Position numbers and translations under genes: made by a program. Shown one piece after another: positions 8,095 through 16,170 of a stretch of DNA of 26,542 nt (position 1 is the stretch's first letter; each line of letters begins with the position of its first letter). The stretch is from Silvanigrellaceae bacterium (lineage in GTDB: Bacteria > Bdellovibrionota_B > Oligoflexia > Silvanigrellales > Silvanigrellaceae). The notes under the pieces were generated by a model. The model worked only from the letters and a program-made list of their open reading frames with translations, searched no databases and had not been told where the DNA came from. The stretch is from assembly GCA_049423385.1 (NCBI GenBank), contig JBMSQQ010000049.1, forward strand, positions 1-26,542, in the 5' to 3' direction.

Positions 8095-9123
8095 ATGAGT
8101 CGAAGTTTTACAAAGGCAGTGGCGGGTGCGTCTGCGGCTGTTCTTCTGATCGTTGCGCTTTTGCTCTCGAAGAATTTTCAATCGAACACCTCCAATCCTG
8201 CTTCCGAATCCGGCAAGGAAAAGATTGTGTTCAACTTGAACTGGTATGCCCAAGCCGAATTGGGTGGTTTCCTTCAGGCAGCCGAAGAAGGTTATTTCAA
8301 GGAAGCAGGATTGGATGTTGAGATTCGCCAGGGCAATGCGCAAATCAACGGTCCTGCGCTCCTCGTGAGCGGCGGTGCAGATTTTTACGTTGGCAGTGGA
8401 TTTGAAGCCGTCAAGGCTGTTGAACAAGGCATTCCGGTGGTCACGGTTGCGGCACTGTTTCAAAAAGATCCGCAGGTTCTCATTTCCCATCCGGGAGTGG
8501 GAAACGACAAACTTGAAGATCTCAAGGACAAGCCCATCATGGTTTCGGCCACCGCCACGACGTCGTATTGGCCTTTCCTCGCCGGAAAATTTGGTTTCAG
8601 CGAAAATCAGAAGCGTCCTTATGCCTTCAACGTCGCGCCTTTTTTGGCCGACCCCAAGGCAATTCAACAAGGCTACGGAACTTCCGAGCCATTCACGATC
8701 GAAAAGGCACTCGGCAAAAAACCAAACGTGTTTTACCTCGCAGACCATGGATATCTTCCCTATGCCAACACAATCGAGACAACGGTTGAGAATGCAGAGA
8801 AAAGACCCGAGATGGTTCGCAAGTTTGTTGCTGCAGTCGTGAAGGGATGGGCAAGTTACCTTCAAAATCCAACACCTGGATTTGCTGCAATCAAGCGTCT
8901 GAATCCCGAAATGAATGACGACCTCATGAATTATGGTTTGCAACAGATGAAAGACATGGGTCTGGTGGATTCCGGGGATGCAAAGACTCTCGGGATTGGA
9001 GCCATGACTCACGAGCGGTGGAAAGCGTTTCATGCGAGCCTGGTTGAAGGAAAGCTTTTCGCACAAGACCTGCAAATCGAAAAAGCCTATCGCCTTGATT
9101 TTTTGCCAAAGAAGGTCAACTGA
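8095..9123 (+). CDS. ABC transporter substrate-binding protein, NMT1/THI5 family
   Basis: LNWYAQAELGGF, GYFKEAGLDVEI, FQKDPQVLI, GAMTHERW motifs; N-terminal membrane anchor. Confidence 0.9.
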   Translation: MSRSFTKAVAGASAAVLLIVALLLSKNFQSNTSNPASESGKEKIVFNLNWYAQAELGGFLQAAEEGYFKEAGLDVEIRQGNAQINGPALLVSGGADFYVGSGFEAVKAVEQGIPVVTVAALFQKDPQVLISHPGVGNDKLEDLKDKPIMVSATATTSYWPFLAGKFGFSENQKRPYAFNVAPFLADPKAIQQGYGTSEPFTIEKALGKKPNVFYLADHGYLPYANTIETTVENAEKRPEMVRKFVAAVVKGWASYLQNPTPGFAAIKRLNPEMNDDLMNYGLQQMKDMGLVDSGDAKTLGIGAMTHERWKAFHASLVEGKLFAQDLQIEKAYRLDFLPKKVN

Positions 9124-9138
9124 ACAGGAGACTGCCGA

Positions 9139-9621
9139 GTGTCGTTGCAGGTTGAAATAAATTCAGACAGCAAAGCAGAGATTTACAAATCCATAGCATC
9201 TGCGATTGAAGCCATGATCGCGGCAGAGAAGGATGTGATTGCGAACCTGGCCAATGCCTCTGCGCTCATCTTTGCGAGCTTGCCGCAAATCAATTGGGCT
9301 GGATTCTATTTGTTCAAGACTGGCGAACTGGTTCTTGGGCCCTTTCAGGGAAAGCTGGCTTGCACTCGCATCCGGATGGGTCGCGGGGTTTGCGGTACCG
9401 CAGCGCAAAAGCAACAAACCTTGGTTGTTCAAGATGTCGATGCATTTCCTGGGCACATTGCATGTGATTCGGCGAGTCGATCGGAGATCGTGGTTCCGAT
9501 TGTTGTTCGCGGTGAGCTCTTTGGCGTTTTGGATGTCGACAGTCCGTTTTTGGGTCGATTCGATTCCGAAGACCAGATCGGTCTCGAGGCCGTGGTCAAC
9601 GTCCTTTCCAAGGCACTCTGA
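9139..9621 (+). CDS. msrC: GAF-fold free methionine-(R)-sulfoxide reductase
   Basis: NWAGFYL, LGPFQGKLAC, GRGVCG, FPGHIACD, SEIVVP, LDVDS; AGGAG SD before GTG. Confidence 0.92.
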   Translation: MSLQVEINSDSKAEIYKSIASAIEAMIAAEKDVIANLANASALIFASLPQINWAGFYLFKTGELVLGPFQGKLACTRIRMGRGVCGTAAQKQQTLVVQDVDAFPGHIACDSASRSEIVVPIVVRGELFGVLDVDSPFLGRFDSEDQIGLEAVVNVLSKAL

Positions 9622-9644
9622 TTTTTTTGGAAATTAAAAAAATC
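9620..9644. repeat. Perfect 9-bp AT-rich inverted repeat
   Basis: GATTTTTTT-ggaaatt-AAAAAAATC directly at the msrC stop. Confidence 0.55.
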
Positions 9645-9757
9645 GAGTTCGATTCACTTGTTTTTTTCGGATTCTGCGTATTTAAACCCTCAATTCGCTT
9701 CAATTATTTTCTTCAGGGAAAAATTTTCCTGCCGATGCCTCCAGACGGGGGTTGGCA

Positions 9758-10399
9758 ATGAGCAAGGAAGCTTCGCCACAACAAAAACTGAAACTGCATC
9801 AACTTGAGGAGCAAGTTGTCGGGCTCTACAGCCACAGCCTGTTCCTCAGGGAGGATGAAGAAAAGACGTTGCAACAGGCCGCCCGGGACCTCGACAGGCA
9901 TGCGGCGTTTCTTTTTCTGTTTGACTCGGATGAAACCCCAACTGGACATCCTTTGGGGCGACGTATCATCAAGTTGTTGATCGAAAAATTGCGGATTCGC
10001 AAATCGGGGCGTCCTTCAGATGCCGAGCGTTTGATAAAGATGCGCGAAGAGGCCATGGCATATCGGCGTGCCCAGATCAAAAAGGGATTCCTGGAGCGAT
10101 GTCTTTCTTCCTTCTCATTTTCACCGCTTCGCAAGCGCAGCGAAAGCATGAAGGCAACAGATTTGAAAGTCGAGGTTGCCAGTGCAGAGGCTCGGCAAAA
10201 TGCGGCATATCAATTGCTTTCGTTGATGTTTGCCGACAGGTTCTCGCGCCCGGAAAACAACAGTGAACAAGATCAGGTTCAGTCCATGGTGCGAGCCATT
10301 CGTCATCTTCAGGAATTGCGCAAGAAAAACAGAATGTACAGGAAAATTTATTCCGAGGTCCGAAGAAACTCGATCCCGGACGCACGAGGGTTGCGATGA
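9758..10399 (+). CDS. Hypothetical basic, helical cytoplasmic protein
   Basis: 213-codon ORF; ATGA overlap with the next gene; no recognisable motif. Confidence 0.7.
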   Translation: MSKEASPQQKLKLHQLEEQVVGLYSHSLFLREDEEKTLQQAARDLDRHAAFLFLFDSDETPTGHPLGRRIIKLLIEKLRIRKSGRPSDAERLIKMREEAMAYRRAQIKKGFLERCLSSFSFSPLRKRSESMKATDLKVEVASAEARQNAAYQLLSLMFADRFSRPENNSEQDQVQSMVRAIRHLQELRKKNRMYRKIYSEVRRNSIPDARGLR

Positions 10400-11151
10400 C
10401 CGACGTTAAAAAACTGATGACTGAGATTCAGAAATTTGTCGATTCCTCGTCGAAGGAATTGTTGAATTCGGTTGTGAGTGCTTTCACGGGTTCAGAGTTT
10501 TCAACCAATATCGAATTGAAAAAAAACAAGGAAACCGCGAAATATCTCAGTGAAAATTCGAAGCGCGAAAAAAGTCTGAAGGAACTGAACGACTTTATTG
10601 TCCTTTGGCTCGAGGTTGTTGAAAAGAAGATGATGCACCAGCAGTTGCTGGATTTCTCGGGCGCGGCCGAGGATGTCTTGAAGCAACTTGCTGACTCTGA
10701 TCCAAATCTGGACATCATCCTGCGTGATTTCCAGTCGCTCATTTCAAGACCGACGGAGTTTGTTGATGACTACATGGCTTTGCGAAACGAAACAGATGAA
10801 CTCGAGGGCAGGTTGACACAGTTGGTGTCTCTTCCTGTTCTCGAGGACGTTGATTCCGCTCAATGGATTGAGCCTTTCAAACTGATGCCTGCATTTCCGA
10901 ATCAACCCACCCGCTCAGCGCTGAAGATTCTCACGAGCACTTCAGTCGAGTCGAATGAATCAAAGGCCCCAATGACCGTCGTGGCGCCATCGAATGTTCC
11001 ATCACCGTCGCCCAGGCCAGAAAATTACCGACCGCTGCCGGCAAATATTTCCGATGAGTTCGAATATCCCGAAAGTCTATTGGTCATCACGAAACCTCCG
11101 GTAAAAAAAGCGAATACTTCTGCTACTCGAACCGTGAAGCTCAGGGGTTGA
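10396..11151 (+). CDS. Hypothetical acidic coiled-coil protein with Pro-rich tail
   Basis: 251 aa ORF translationally coupled to the upstream gene; helical N-terminal 150 aa, low-complexity C-terminus. Confidence 0.72.
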   Translation: MTDVKKLMTEIQKFVDSSSKELLNSVVSAFTGSEFSTNIELKKNKETAKYLSENSKREKSLKELNDFIVLWLEVVEKKMMHQQLLDFSGAAEDVLKQLADSDPNLDIILRDFQSLISRPTEFVDDYMALRNETDELEGRLTQLVSLPVLEDVDSAQWIEPFKLMPAFPNQPTRSALKILTSTSVESNESKAPMTVVAPSNVPSPSPRPENYRPLPANISDEFEYPESLLVITKPPVKKANTSATRTVKLRG

Positions 11152-11259
11152 GGCGTCGCCTGTTTTTCGAAGTTCGAGTTCTGACTCTGCGGTAAAAATT
11201 TGCTCATATTTTAGTCATCTATCTGGAATACCATCACACCATGGAGGTGTGAAACAGGT

Positions 11260-12066
11260 ATGAACCTGCTTTCAGTGTTTTCCCTCATATTGGCCGTGGC
11301 GGTTCTTGGATTCGCAATCCTCACCGCCTCAAACAACCCGCGCAGTTTTCTCGATTGGCACGGCATTTTGGTTGTCATGGGTGGAACTTTCGCGGCCGCT
11401 GCAGTTTCCATCCAGCTCGACAAAGTCTTTTTGCTCATCAAAATCTACATTGACCGCACCATCCGTGGTCGCAAAATCGATTATCAGCAAGTCACAAGGC
11501 AGTTGATGATCATTGCCGATCAAATCCGCAAGGAAGATTCCGAGCTTCCGAACACGATAAAGGATTTGAATGACCCCTTCATGAGGGAAGCACTTGGACT
11601 GGTCCTGGATGACAGTCTTGAGAAAGCTGCGATTGTGAAGGTCTTGTACCAGAGGTCCAACACCCTGTTCGAGAGGTATCATCTCGATGCCTCCCGATTC
11701 AAAGGGCTGGGAAAATATCCTCCGGCAATGGGTCTTCTCGGAGCCGTGACGGGTATGATCGCGCTCCTGGGGGGGCTTGGAAAACCAGGCGCCGAAAAAA
11801 CGATGGGCCCTGCGATGTCCATCGCACTTGTCGCGACGCTGTACGGAATTGCCCTCGCGAACTTTTTCGTCATACCGATTGGTGAAAGCCTGATGGATTC
11901 GGCGAAGGAAATGAAGCGCAAAAATGAAATCATCATTCATGGCATCAAGCTCATTCTCGATGACACGAACCCTGTTCTGATGGAAGAAGAATTGAATTCA
12001 TTCCTGCTTCCTTCTGAACGCATTGACAGGAAAAAGATTGGCAATTCGAAACAGGCAGCGGCATGA
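11260..12066 (+). CDS. motA: Flagellar-type stator A subunit (MotA/PomA family)
   Basis: Four TM pattern; VVMGGT, R90 (IRKE), DPFM, PAMGLLG (P155), MSIALVATLYG, NFFVIP (P206), NP..EEELNSFL. Confidence 0.95.
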   Translation: MNLLSVFSLILAVAVLGFAILTASNNPRSFLDWHGILVVMGGTFAAAAVSIQLDKVFLLIKIYIDRTIRGRKIDYQQVTRQLMIIADQIRKEDSELPNTIKDLNDPFMREALGLVLDDSLEKAAIVKVLYQRSNTLFERYHLDASRFKGLGKYPPAMGLLGAVTGMIALLGGLGKPGAEKTMGPAMSIALVATLYGIALANFFVIPIGESLMDSAKEMKRKNEIIIHGIKLILDDTNPVLMEEELNSFLLPSERIDRKKIGNSKQAAA

Positions 12067-12932
12067 GCAATTACGGCGAACATCCCGATAACCATTCGAG
12101 CACCTTGCATGAAGAAGTCGAGGAAGGGGAACCTTGGCTCGTGTCCTATGCCGACATGATGACCTTGCTCTTCGGATTTTTCGTGTTGATGTACACGTTT
12201 GCGGTTTCGCGACTGGACGACGAGGGCGACAACTGGGTGCGGGTTCGCAAGGAACTGGCGGCGTTTTTCGGCGGTGAAAAAGGCGCGGACTCGGACAACA
12301 AGCAAAACGGAAACAGCAAAGACTTGTTCAGTCCAAACGTGGGTATCGAGAGCTCCAGCAACACCGGCTCAAAAAAGCAGTCGAGCGGCATTTTTGAAGA
12401 TGCCAAAACAGACGCCGAGCTCAAGGAAATCGACGACGAGGAAGCGTTCAAGAATGGCTTTGCAGCCGGTACGTACGTCAGTTCCGGAAAAGATCTCAGC
12501 AAGACCGACATTGGCGGCGCGCTGAAATTGCGAAAGATTGCCGATTCCGAGGATTCGCTCGAGCTTATCATTTCAGACAACGTCCTGTTTGGTGGCAAGA
12601 ATTCGAGTTTTCTACCGGAAGGGGAAGCTGCTCTTGCCAAGGTTTGCCAACGCATCTCCGGCATCAAGTTTCCTTTCTTTCTGGGAGTTTCATCGTTTTC
12701 CCAAAATTCAGCCGGCACCCAGGGAAAGCCTGCATCCTACCATTTCCCGACCAGCGAAAGTTTTCAGCGGGCCAACCAGGTTTTGCAAAAGTTGAGCCAG
12801 TGCCCGGCGGCACAGGCCCAGGGTTCACGTTTGTCAGCCATGGCCGTTGGGCATATCCCCATGTCGCAAACGATGAAGGGTGTGCTTGAAAGCGGAGTGA
12901 TCATCCGCATCCATGTGGCGATGGATTTCTGA
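12063..12932 (+). CDS. motB: Stator B subunit (MotB family) with a degenerate OmpA-like domain
   Basis: WLVSYADMMTLLFGFFVLMY TM with the essential Asp (D31), plug helix WVRVRKELAAFFGG, ATGA overlap with motA; C-domain follows the OmpA-like layout but lacks GHTD and NRRV. Confidence 0.9.
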   Translation: MSNYGEHPDNHSSTLHEEVEEGEPWLVSYADMMTLLFGFFVLMYTFAVSRLDDEGDNWVRVRKELAAFFGGEKGADSDNKQNGNSKDLFSPNVGIESSSNTGSKKQSSGIFEDAKTDAELKEIDDEEAFKNGFAAGTYVSSGKDLSKTDIGGALKLRKIADSEDSLELIISDNVLFGGKNSSFLPEGEAALAKVCQRISGIKFPFFLGVSSFSQNSAGTQGKPASYHFPTSESFQRANQVLQKLSQCPAAQAQGSRLSAMAVGHIPMSQTMKGVLESGVIIRIHVAMDF

Positions 12933-12933
12933 T

Positions 12934-13896
12934 ATGATTCAGTTTTCCAACAGACCGCCCGTCCGGCAGCCCAGGAACGGAATTCTCGTTTTTCCAAATC
13001 AAAAAAAATACGATTTCTTGAAATTTCCACTGATGATGACTGCAGCGGCTTGCATGATGTCTGTTGCTTCAATGATCTCGTATAAGATGCTTTTTGGAAA
13101 AACGATGTCATTTCCAAAAGCGAAAGAGGGTGTGGCTCGCGTCCTTGAATTCAAGGGGAGAGTTCTTTACCGCAACCATGGCGAATTTGTGTTTCGCGAG
13201 ATTACGAAGGGTCAAATACTTTCACGTTTCACAACATTGTTCAGCGACAGCAATGGTGATGTCCTGCTCGAATATGCAGGAAAAAAAGCTGCGGCAGTTG
13301 CGGTGCCCAAAGACTCGATATACCGGCTTGAGCAAAACCTGCCTTTGTCGATGCTCATGCGCAGGGGGTTCACCCGTTCGCGGGCAGACTTCCTTGAAGA
13401 GGCCATCACTGGCGACGTTCTCGACAAGGAAAGTCAAATCCTTGCTGCGGGTGTTCAGGACACGGGCGAGTTTGTCGAAGTCCTCGACAGTCGGGAAGCA
13501 AAACTCAAAGCAGTGCGTTTTGGAATTCGTGTGGTGATGGACATGAAACGAATTCCCGTGACTTTCCCCTTCAGCAACCTATTTGTTTGGCGAAATCCTG
13601 ACCTGGGATTTGCCAAGGCACCCATTTCGTTTGGGGGCTCATTGAACGAACCGCTTCAGGGTTATTTGTGGCAGGTCAAACCCAAAATGAAAATCGTCTG
13701 GAGTGGTCTCGTTTCCAAGGAGACGCGTCGGCTTGTCCTGACGCTCAGTGAGTCCGGTACCTATGTTTTCCAGGGATTTGGAAAAGGCGGTATGAGTCGA
13801 ACCCGCAGCGTGAAGATCGTCGTCAACGAAAAGACCGAGAATTTCAATTTCTTTCCCAACGGTATCACCCGCGGCGATTCGGTCATTTTCAACTGA
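12934..13896 (+). CDS. Membrane-anchored FecR-like domain protein with a C-terminal beta-sandwich
   Basis: ATG 1 nt after the motB stop; one hydrophobic segment, then VARVLEFKGRV..F..ITKGQIL..TLFS..VLLEY..VAVPKDSIYRL (FecR-like pattern); C-terminal SGTYVFQ suggests Ig/FN3. Confidence 0.6.
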   Translation: MIQFSNRPPVRQPRNGILVFPNQKKYDFLKFPLMMTAAACMMSVASMISYKMLFGKTMSFPKAKEGVARVLEFKGRVLYRNHGEFVFREITKGQILSRFTTLFSDSNGDVLLEYAGKKAAAVAVPKDSIYRLEQNLPLSMLMRRGFTRSRADFLEEAITGDVLDKESQILAAGVQDTGEFVEVLDSREAKLKAVRFGIRVVMDMKRIPVTFPFSNLFVWRNPDLGFAKAPISFGGSLNEPLQGYLWQVKPKMKIVWSGLVSKETRRLVLTLSESGTYVFQGFGKGGMSRTRSVKIVVNEKTENFNFFPNGITRGDSVIFN

Positions 13897-13935
13897 CAGG
13901 ATGGCGCTGATGCACAAAAGCCTTGGCCTCGTGAG

Positions 13936-16170
13936 TCAAGCTGCCCGCTTCACCATCAGTAAGCTGATGTCATCCTCGAGCGGATGTTGCCCGCGAAACT
14001 CATCAATTCTCGAATATATATTCGACATGGCCTGATCCAGCCGCTCGGCACCTCGGATAGCCTCATGAATAATCTGACGAGCCTTCTTTCGTCCGAGGAA
14101 TTCGCCAGCCTGGTTTCGGCATTCCAGAAAGCCATCGGTAAACAAACAGATCACGTCACCGGGAACGAGGATGGTTTCCACGGGCAAGGGTGGCACTGAT
14201 GAATTGATGATTCCGAAGCCAAGAGAGTCGTAAACTCCTGCAGAGTTGGCTTTTCTTTGGCCCGTTCTGTCTGAACTCGAAAGCAATTTGAGATCATCAT
14301 CGCCCTGAATGAAAACAAGTGGGGCCGGATGTCCAAAATTCAAAAACCTCACTTTTCCATCGTCAATTGAAATGGACATCATGAACATTGTCATTACAAG
14401 CTTTCCAGCGGAAACTTCTGCAATCAGGCTGTCCAGAACCAGAGCACACTCACTCAGGAATGATGACATTTGCTCTGTAGGCCTGTCACGGTGAAGCAGG
14501 TGCATCGATTCCACCGCACCGCGAACGGAGGACACGAGGAGAGTGGCATTCAATCCGTGGCCTGTGACGTCTGTCATGTAGCAATAAAGAGTGCGCGATG
14601 GCGCATGGTAAAACGAGCTGTGCCAGTCGCCGCCCACCGTTTCTGCTGTTTGTCCCTTTGCGGAAATCTGGATATTGGCGGGAATGTTTGCGCTGATGGA
14701 CAGGTTTTCCTGAATGGCCGCAGCGGCCTCGAATGCCAATTGCATTCGTCCCTGCTCAACGGCAACATTCTTGAGCTCAATGTTGAGCAAAGTACTGCGC
14801 AAGGTGGATGAAAAAGCACCCAAAAATCTCAACGAGGCAACATCGAGGTCTTGAACTGTGAGAGGACCCAGGACAATCCAGCCGCGGTGCTTCTTGAGGC
14901 TCGGATTCCGATGCAGATTGCAAAAAAGCAACTTCTTTTCGTGGTGCAGATATACGTCCTCTTCCACCTCGTCGACCACATAGTTTGCACCATTGACTTC
15001 TTCGAGCAGCGCAAGAATGGATGTTTCGCTGAAGTGTCCGGAAAGTCCAAGAACGACGCCACCGGTTCGGCTGACCTCAATTTGATATCCGTTGTTGAAA
15101 TGAGCAGCGAAAAGTTCATTTGGAAAAACCCGAGGATCGACGAGAGCCTGTAGGGCACGCTTGAGCGCAGAGCCTGCGTCCGACTCCTTGGCTGTGGCCC
15201 TGACGAGTTCCAGAACCTGGCTCAGATAATCGGTCGTCCTGGTCAATGCGGAGTCACGGATCCGCAAGAGCGTTCTCATATTTTCGATGCGCTGGAACGT
15301 CTCGGAAATTTCGTCCTTGAAATAGTAACTTAATTTATAGTTGAAATTTCCACCCGCAATTTGTGATGCAGCTTCATTGATGTCGGACAATGGAGAAAGA
15401 GACCGCTGAACGAAGAAGATTGTTGCAGTGATTGAAACCATGACCAGGGCAAACAGGATGGTGAAGATGACAATTGTCAGTGCGGTGATTTGTCGCATTG
15501 ATTCTTCGATGAAGGCATCCGTGACGATGATGGCGTTGGAATTGGGCGCTTGCGAGAAGGCAAATGCCCGTGTTTTGCCATCCAATTCGAAGCTGTGAAC
15601 ACCCTTTTTTACGCCCGATGAAATGAATTCCTTGACGTATCTGCGCACCAGTTCGACAGGTCGGCCGGCCGTCTCGATAATGTCGCCAGTGGTGGTCACC
15701 AGAATTGAGGAATTGGGAATATTTTTCTTCATGGTGCTGATGATTTCAGTTGCGTCCGAAAAGACCAGGTTTTCATCGTTGTCGCGTGTGTAGGCAAAGA
15801 CTGTTTCGTTTTGCAGAGTGAAAAACAATTCTCCCTTTGAAGGCCATGCAACAAGGTTGTTGCTGTTGGCGTTCATTGTGCCCGTCCAGGGAATGAAACT
15901 GAGTTCCTCTCGTTTTCTCAAGGTCTCAAGAATCACCTGAGTGACAGACATGGAGACGGATTCACTTTCCGCAAAAGCTGCGTCGAACGCGTAGGATTTC
16001 TTGTCTTTTGCCAGGTAATAGTAAAGTGCGAATGAAAACAGGCTGATGAGACCCAGCAGGATGCCTGCAGCGAGAATCGCAATGCGGTTCCTGAGTTTTG
16101 TCGTCTTCCACAGGCCGACGAGATCAATGTAGCCAAACACATCCGCCAGCGTGAGCTTCAGGAATTTCAT
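13936..16170 (-). CDS. Membrane sensor PP2C (SpoIIE/RsbU-type) phosphatase: TM-periplasmic sensor-TM-HAMP-GAF-like-PP2C
   Basis: HAMP PLSDINEAASQIAGGNF..DEISE; PP2C motifs VGGDW, DVTGHG, NFGHP, FTDG, DDIS are all intact. Confidence 0.92.
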   Translation of the reverse strand: MKFLKLTLADVFGYIDLVGLWKTTKLRNRIAILAAGILLGLISLFSFALYYYLAKDKKSYAFDAAFAESESVSMSVTQVILETLRKREELSFIPWTGTMNANSNNLVAWPSKGELFFTLQNETVFAYTRDNDENLVFSDATEIISTMKKNIPNSSILVTTTGDIIETAGRPVELVRRYVKEFISSGVKKGVHSFELDGKTRAFAFSQAPNSNAIIVTDAFIEESMRQITALTIVIFTILFALVMVSITATIFFVQRSLSPLSDINEAASQIAGGNFNYKLSYYFKDEISETFQRIENMRTLLRIRDSALTRTTDYLSQVLELVRATAKESDAGSALKRALQALVDPRVFPNELFAAHFNNGYQIEVSRTGGVVLGLSGHFSETSILALLEEVNGANYVVDEVEEDVYLHHEKKLLFCNLHRNPSLKKHRGWIVLGPLTVQDLDVASLRFLGAFSSTLRSTLLNIELKNVAVEQGRMQLAFEAAAAIQENLSISANIPANIQISAKGQTAETVGGDWHSSFYHAPSRTLYCYMTDVTGHGLNATLLVSSVRGAVESMHLLHRDRPTEQMSSFLSECALVLDSLIAEVSAGKLVMTMFMMSISIDDGKVRFLNFGHPAPLVFIQGDDDLKLLSSSDRTGQRKANSAGVYDSLGFGIINSSVPPLPVETILVPGDVICLFTDGFLECRNQAGEFLGRKKARQIIHEAIRGAERLDQAMSNIYSRIDEFRGQHPLEDDISLLMVKRAA

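Noticed and set aside
7984..9075. 363-aa antisense ORF
   Set aside because: It is the shadow of the well-supported NMT1-family gene and has no motifs. The other short overlapping ORFs in the track are rejected on the same grounds.
11191..11203. sigma54 promoter before motA
   Set aside because: GG-N9-GC spacing is one base short of the required N10.
11260..12932. Zorya ZorAB anti-phage system
   Set aside because: The A subunit is 268 aa with flagellar MotA motifs and no long ZorA tail; no ZorC/D/E-like helicase or nuclease is nearby.
11260..12932. ExbBD/TolQR or AglRQS motor
   Set aside because: The four-TM MotA and the WxxxYAD TM with plug and OmpA-like layout are flagellar-stator type; no TonB/TolA-like protein is present.
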